DNA of 64,000 bases from Eledone cirrhosa (taxonomy: Eukaryota). Each line of letters starts with the position of its first letter. Positions within the stretch are counted from its first letter, which is position 1. Below, in pieces: positions 58,133 through 64,000 of this stretch. The stretch lies in NCBI GenBank assembly GCA_964016885.1, contig OZ024743.1:169012001-169076000 (forward strand), in the 5' to 3' direction. A model generated the notes under the pieces. It had not been told where the DNA came from and did no database searches. It worked only from the letters and a program-made list of their open reading frames with translations. Both the position numbers and the translations under genes were made by a program.

Positions 58133-61100
58133 GGTGACGGAGGTCATGAAATCGCTCCCGTAAGTTTTGAATTTTTAACATATTTAAATCATTTGTGAAA
58201 TAACAACTCTTAGTACAAATGCTACGTAAAGCACCCGGCTTGAGCCCCAAAAAAATTCGGACCCAAAATATATTGTTATAAGGCTCAAATATTCAAATAT
58301 TCAACTTTGTATTGTACACTGTATATCCAAAAAAAAAAAAATGGCTATAAATGGAAGAAGAAGAACCCCCCCCCCTCCTCTCCTCTGGCTACACTATATA
58401 GGACAGCGAAACTCACCAACACCAGAAACTAGATACACCACCCACCCCATCATCTGTGTACACTAAACACAACAGCATTTTCACCTTCACCGCCACCGCT
58501 CACTACGGCCATCATTACCACCACTATCCCATCACCGCCGCCACCACCCCTTGACTCCTTCACTGCTGCTGCCACCGCTACAGCACCATCACTACAGTAA
58601 TACGGTCGCATCACCGCCACCACTGCCTCGGTATCGACATCACCACCACCACTGTCTCAGTATCGCCAACGCCGCCAGTCTCTGCTGGCTACCACTTCCA
58701 CATTATAGAATTCCTACTACTAACAAAGAGGAAGGCATCAAAATATATAGATAGACTCAAAAGAAAAAAGAAAAAACAAACAACAAAAGCAGCACAGCAA
58801 CAACAGTAAAAAACGAGAAAAACAGAGAAAAACAAAAACAAAAAAAGAAACCCCCAAAACGTAAAGAAAATAAGAATGAAGAGAGAAGCAGGCGGACGGA
58901 CAGAGAAGAGGGGGGAAAAAGTAAAACTTAAAAAACAAAAACTAAGTCAGACATTCGAATACTACATTACAATGAAACTTATGCTTATTCATTTTTGGGG
59001 CCCTTTCTGCCCGTGTGTTTGTTTGTTTATGTGTGTCCGTATACAGCGTGGTGATAATGCCACACAAGGGCCAAGTGGGATGGCGGATCCACAGATGGCT
59101 ATGTAAACATACATTCGCCAATCCTCGATAAGAGTGTTTAAATATCGAACATAAACAGTTCGAATAACGGTGAAATGGAGACTAGAACGTCATGTGACAG
59201 ACTCTCACCCAACAGGTGCCCCCTGGCTCAGCAGCAGGAACCTGACTGTCAACCAAATACTGCTGATGTTGGAGGAAGAAGAAGAAGGAAAGGGGCCAGA
59301 ACCAACTGGACGAAAGAATTGAATAGAACTGTTATGCAATGCTACCTGAAAAGTAACCCCAAGGAGAGGGGCTACAGGAGACGGATGCATAACATCTGGA
59401 ACGAGATTGGTTTATTTAAATTAGATGAACAAAAATTGGCCGGGCAGGCTCGGGTAATAAGAACTAATGGGTGGATAAGCGAGCTGGAACTGGAGGAACT
59501 GAGCAGAGAGAATGGCTTGGAGATGGCGGGTGTAGTATGCCAGACAAGCGAGCCGGCGGGAAATGAAGGTGAGGAGGTCCTGAGAACGGAGGAACCACCC
59601 GAAGCAGACAATGATCTGAATACTGAGATAAATAATACCTGGAACAGAGATACGGCCACTGAGGAGATGAATGCTGACGGGCTAGGACAAGATTCGGTTG
59701 ACATCCTAAATTTAGTGGTAGATGAGTTGAACAATGATAGTGGGAGACCTATGAACCTAAGATTTGTAGACAGGAAAAAGTTAAAAGAAACAACAGCTAA
59801 GGTAAACAAAGTCATCCCATACCTTGAGGCGAGGAGTCTTCACCAGTGCAACAATATCCTCAAAGCAACAGCAAATACGGTGAGGAAACTACTTGGTATA
59901 AAAGCGAGAGGAAACAACAGACAAGAAAGAGCAGAGCCGTGGTGGAAGAAGCGACTGAGTGGGCAAATCGGGGAAATGAGAAATGACATAGGAAAGCTTG
60001 AGTCACTACTGAATGGGACACTAAAAAACATAGGCACTAAAAATAGACTGGAAATAAAATACAAAACTAGGAGTAAAAAGCTAAATATTATCATAGAGGA
60101 ATTGAAGCAACGCATTGTAGCAAAGAGTGCCAAAATCAGGCGATACGAGAACAGAGTCAGTCAGTATAAACAGAACCGCATGTTCGACAACAACCAGAAG
60201 ATGCTGTTTGGACAGCTTGAGGGGAAAGAAAGAGGCAACGACTTGATCCCTGGGGCGGAACAAGCTAAAACATTCTGGAGAGGAATATGGGAGCAGGATG
60301 TTAGACACAATGCCCAGGCAGGGTGGATTGAGACAGTACAGAGGGAGATCGGTGAGCAGGCACAGCAACAGACTGATTTGAGTATCACAGTTGAAACTCT
60401 TAAGGGGCAAGCCAAAAAACTAACCAACTGGAAATCACCAGGCCCAGATGGTGTGCAGGGGTATTGGATTAAACATTTAACATCCCTCCACCCGAAGCTG
60501 ACGGCCATATACAATGACTGCTTGGTGTCGGGTGAGGTGCCAGAGTGGTTGACAAAAGGTACCACAGTTCTGATAATGAAAGACCGAATCAAGGGTAATG
60601 ATGTTACCAACTATAGACCTATCACATGTCTGCCCGTAATGTGGAAACTGTTGACGAGCATTGTGTCTGAGGAAATCTACCATCACCTCCACACAAACAA
60701 CTTGTTGCCGGACGAACAGAAAGGATGCCGAAAGAAGTCACGTGGTACAAAGGACCAGTTGCTTATTGATAAGATGGTAATGGGGAATTGCAGGAGGAGA
60801 CACACTGATCTTGCCATGGGATGGATAGACTACAGAAAGGCATTTGACATGGTGCCTCATTCCTGGATCACCAAAAGCCTGGAGATCTTCAGGGTGGCAG
60901 ATAACATCAGACAGTTGCTGGGCAGGAGTATGGGGTCCTGGGAGACAGAGTTGACATCAACTGGAGTATCCTTGGGAAGCGTGAAGATCAAGAGAGGTAT
61001 CTTCCAGGGAGATAGCCTGTCCCCTCTGTTGTTTGTCCTTGCCCTGATGCCCTTGACCATTATGCTGCGAAAAGTGAGAGCAGGATACAAGTTGGGAAGG

Positions 61101-62642
61101 GGAGAGCTTACCATCAATCACCTCCTCTTCATGGACGATCTTAAGCTCTTCGGGAAAAGTGAGAAGGAGTTGGATGTGCTTGTTGACACTGTCCGTATTT
61201 TCAGCAGTGATATATGTATGCAGTTTGGTATTGGTAAATGTGGAGTCATTGTGATGAGGAGGGGTAGGTTGAGCAGAAGTAACGGGATCCAGATACCAAC
61301 AGGTGAGATGATAAAGGAAATTGACTCTGAGGAAGGATACAAGTATTTGGGCGTTCTGGAGGCTGATGGCATAAAGAACAAAAAAATGAAGGAATTGTTA
61401 AGAACTGAATACATTCGGAGAGTAAGGAGCGTATTGAAGTCACATCTGAACAGCAGAAATGCCATAAGCGCAGTAAATTCCCGAGCTGTGTCTATTATTA
61501 GGTACAGTGCGGGAATTCTGAGATGGAATGTTGCTGAACAAAAAGAAATGGATAGGAAGACTAGGAAGCTATTGACTATCTACAACATGTTCCACAAGAG
61601 GAGTGATGTCGATAGACTCTACCTAAGGAGATCTGAGGGTGGAAGAGGTCTTATCAGCATAGAGGACTGTGTTCAGATGGAGAAAAACAACCTATACAAA
61701 TACGTGACCTATAGTAAGGAGCCAATGCTCAGAGCTGTACTGAAGGAGGGGACAGTAGGCCAGGGGATACCCAAGGAGGAAATAACATCAAGGAGGAAGA
61801 GCAGCCTTAAGGGAAAATCCCTTCATAGTACCTTCTTTGAGAAAACTGAATTTAGAGATCCACAGACATGGAACTGGTTGAGAAGAGGAGACCTCAAAAA
61901 GGCTACAGAAGGAATGCTAATGGCTGCGCAGGAGCAGGCCCTCAAAACGAAGTGGTTGAAGCACCATATCTACAAGGAGGAGGCTAGCCCACTGTGCAGG
62001 ATCTGTGGAGAGAGAGAGGAGACTGTGGCTCACATTGTGTCCGAGTGTAAACACCTAGCCCAGACCCACTATAAGGGCTGGAGACACGATGTGATGGGCA
62101 GGGTGATCCACTGGCACCTGTGCAAAGTAAACAATTTACCACATTCTGAGAAATGGTATGAGCATAGGCCAGAGGCGGTGATGGAGAACAGTCAGGTGAA
62201 GGTGCTGTGGGATTTTAGGATACAGACGGACAAAAAACTGGAACACAATAGACCTGACCTGGTGGTTGTGGACAAAGAAAAAAGATCGTGCCTGATTGTG
62301 GATGTGGCCTGCCCGTTCGACACGAGAGTGCAAGAGAAGGAGAGGGAGAAAATTAACCGATACCAGGACCTAAAGTGGGAGGTGAAAAGGATTTGGAACT
62401 GCCATGAAGTCAAAGTGATCCCGATTGTCATAGGCGCACTGGGGACTATCTCCAAAGGTTTCCAGGGATGGTTAAAGAAAATCGGCCCCTTCACGCTTTT
62501 TGGAACGCTTCAAAAGGCATGCTTGCTTGGAACGGCAAGAACCCTCCGATACGTCCTGAATATCTGAGGCTGCAGGTAGTGGCTTGATATTCAATCCAAC
62601 GGACTTTCCAGTTAACCAACATCAATGACTGAGATTCAAGGA
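58132..62642 (+). mobile_element. Full-length R4/Dong-like element family A (about 1-kb 5' UTR, single ORF, short 3' UTR)
   Basis: Flanked by (AAT)n on both sides; the leader is homologous to 11600-11910 (minus). Confidence 0.9.
59175..62567 (+). CDS. 1130-aa R4-clade protein: RT + CCHC knuckle + restriction-like endonuclease
   Basis: WKSPGPDG, YRPITCL, DYRKAFD, GIFQGDSLSPLLF, FMDD, KYLG; CRICGEREETVAHIVSEC; RHD; RPDLVV..IVDVACP..EKINRYQDL. Confidence 0.96.
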   Translation: METRTSCDRLSPNRCPLAQQQEPDCQPNTADVGGRRRRKGARTNWTKELNRTVMQCYLKSNPKERGYRRRMHNIWNEIGLFKLDEQKLAGQARVIRTNGWISELELEELSRENGLEMAGVVCQTSEPAGNEGEEVLRTEEPPEADNDLNTEINNTWNRDTATEEMNADGLGQDSVDILNLVVDELNNDSGRPMNLRFVDRKKLKETTAKVNKVIPYLEARSLHQCNNILKATANTVRKLLGIKARGNNRQERAEPWWKKRLSGQIGEMRNDIGKLESLLNGTLKNIGTKNRLEIKYKTRSKKLNIIIEELKQRIVAKSAKIRRYENRVSQYKQNRMFDNNQKMLFGQLEGKERGNDLIPGAEQAKTFWRGIWEQDVRHNAQAGWIETVQREIGEQAQQQTDLSITVETLKGQAKKLTNWKSPGPDGVQGYWIKHLTSLHPKLTAIYNDCLVSGEVPEWLTKGTTVLIMKDRIKGNDVTNYRPITCLPVMWKLLTSIVSEEIYHHLHTNNLLPDEQKGCRKKSRGTKDQLLIDKMVMGNCRRRHTDLAMGWIDYRKAFDMVPHSWITKSLEIFRVADNIRQLLGRSMGSWETELTSTGVSLGSVKIKRGIFQGDSLSPLLFVLALMPLTIMLRKVRAGYKLGRGELTINHLLFMDDLKLFGKSEKELDVLVDTVRIFSSDICMQFGIGKCGVIVMRRGRLSRSNGIQIPTGEMIKEIDSEEGYKYLGVLEADGIKNKKMKELLRTEYIRRVRSVLKSHLNSRNAISAVNSRAVSIIRYSAGILRWNVAEQKEMDRKTRKLLTIYNMFHKRSDVDRLYLRRSEGGRGLISIEDCVQMEKNNLYKYVTYSKEPMLRAVLKEGTVGQGIPKEEITSRRKSSLKGKSLHSTFFEKTEFRDPQTWNWLRRGDLKKATEGMLMAAQEQALKTKWLKHHIYKEEASPLCRICGEREETVAHIVSECKHLAQTHYKGWRHDVMGRVIHWHLCKVNNLPHSEKWYEHRPEAVMENSQVKVLWDFRIQTDKKLEHNRPDLVVVDKEKRSCLIVDVACPFDTRVQEKEREKINRYQDLKWEVKRIWNCHEVKVIPIVIGALGTISKGFQGWLKKIGPFTLFGTLQKACLLGTARTLRYVLNI

Positions 62643-62653
62643 ATAACAATAAC

Positions 62654-62698
<45 letters not shown>
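62643..62698. repeat. (AAT)n shared by the Dong-A 3' end and a Tx1 3' end (tail-to-tail)
   Basis: Directly visible, with two AAC variants at the start. Confidence 0.95.
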
Positions 62699-62700
<2 letters not shown>

Positions 62701-64000
62701 TTTCTTTATTAACCACAAGGGTTTACATAAAGTAGACATTAAGGACAGTGCAGGACAATGCAGGACGGTACAAATGGGCATTTCTGCGTGTAAAAAACAA
62801 AAACAGAGGATGTAACAAAAATAACAATGAAAATAACAATGAAAAATTCCCCAATAGGGGGGAGACTTCGGAGGGACATTTGTGGAGAAAGTCCAGTAAA
62901 AAGCCACAATGACCCTGACCACCAAGGCAAGTGCCCTCTCCCAGTTTTCCACCTTTAATTTACAAACATATACTCAGAGTAGGCCCATTCACTCGGGCCA
63001 TTCTTGCTTCTCTCCCCCATCTTTCAACAAAATGCTGGGAAGAGAGCACTTCCCTCTCTACTCTGATTTTCCTTTTCAAATGAAATTTGAAAAAGTCAAT
63101 CAGAGCATCACCGAAGAGGTAAGTGCTCGTCTTCAGCCCTTTCAAACGTGTCCACCTTACTATCTCTTTCGCCATGGCCACCAGGCAGATAAAAACTGCC
63201 TGCCCTTCCCGGCTAAAGGAGGAGGGCGGGGCAATCCTTACGATGGACTCAGATGATAGCCGGATCCGTCCTAAACGCGACAGCAGGTGTTCGACATAAA
63301 CCCACAAGTCAGCAATTTTCGGACACTGGACGAGTGCGTGCAGGACGGTTTCGTCGCCCTGCGCGCATCTCGGACATGCCCGGCTGACGGCACCTCCATG
63401 CCTGTAGAGTTTATCCCGAACTGGCAAGGCTCCTCGGTAGCACTGCCAGGCCAGAGATTTCTGGAAGTTGTCCATAGGCCCCGGCCCGAAAGTTCTTCCG
63501 AAGAGATTGGCTAGTTGATTTTCGTCGACGCCTAGAGTTTCCCCAAGTACGTCGTCGCTCTTCCCCTCCACTAATCCTCTATAGAACGCCGAGGTGGAGT
63601 TTCCACCGATCACATTGCCCGATTGGTCGAGGGCTGTGAGCGCCTGAAGACATTCCAGTCTCCAGGCGCTCCCTCTCGGTCTTCGCTTGACCCAGGACTG
63701 CAGCTCCGTCAAGGAAACGAGCTGGGGAAACGCGCGTCTAGCAAACGGCTACCACACCTGATCACCGTCGAGGAAGAGGTGGAGATGTCGTAGCCTGAGC
63801 GCGTGCCTGCGCATCATCAGCCACGGCATGCCCAGCCCTCCACGTAGCGGGTGTTGACAACAGATGGACCGCCTGACCATCGGAGCGCGTCCCTTCCACA
63901 AAAAGCGAAAGAGCAAACGCTCCAGCGCAGTCAGGCGAGGCTTAGGACAAGGTACGACGGTCAGGCGGTAGCAGATGACGGACGCGATGTACGCGTTAGC
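62699..64000 (-). mobile_element. Tx1-like element 3' part, runs off window end
   Basis: ORF 62960-63712 with GALPVRDKL..CPRC...ETVLHALVQC; conserved 3' UTR hairpin and AATAAA. Confidence 0.92.

Noticed and set aside
58480-58720. His/Pro-rich ORF
   Set aside because: CAC/CCA low-complexity sequence within the Dong leader.
58995-59105. HDV-like ribozyme in the Dong leader
   Set aside because: A P1-like pairing exists, but I could not build canonical P3/L3, P1.1 and P2.

Overview
Eukaryotic, AT-rich, microsatellite-dense DNA made almost entirely of nested retroelements; no host gene is recognisable. A Nin/Deu-domain-like tRNA SINE suggests a mollusc, possibly Octopus (inference). The window splits into two microsatellite niches. 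(1) The flanks (1-15.8 kb and 34.5-64 kb) are arrays of two non-LTR retrotransposon groups at (AAT/ATT)n: R4/Dong-like RT+RLE elements (two families, one copy with an intact 1130-aa ORF at 59175-62567) and Tx1/L1-like ORF1+APE-RT elements. Dong reads (AAT)n on its sense strand and Tx1 reads (ATT)n, so they meet tail-to-tail three times. (2) The centre (about 16-34 kb, plus 48.7-50.9 kb) is a (TA)n zone with several Penelope-like element (PLE) families and their 3' ends. It carries about 10 hand-foldable minimal type I hammerhead ribozymes and several fold-back inversions. The most unusual item is a Naiad-like PLE with both pseudo-LTRs and an intact 563-aa RT ORF but no GIY-YIG endonuclease. 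Most short ORFs in the track are antisense or microsatellite artefacts. Boundaries were read by eye and are approximate.
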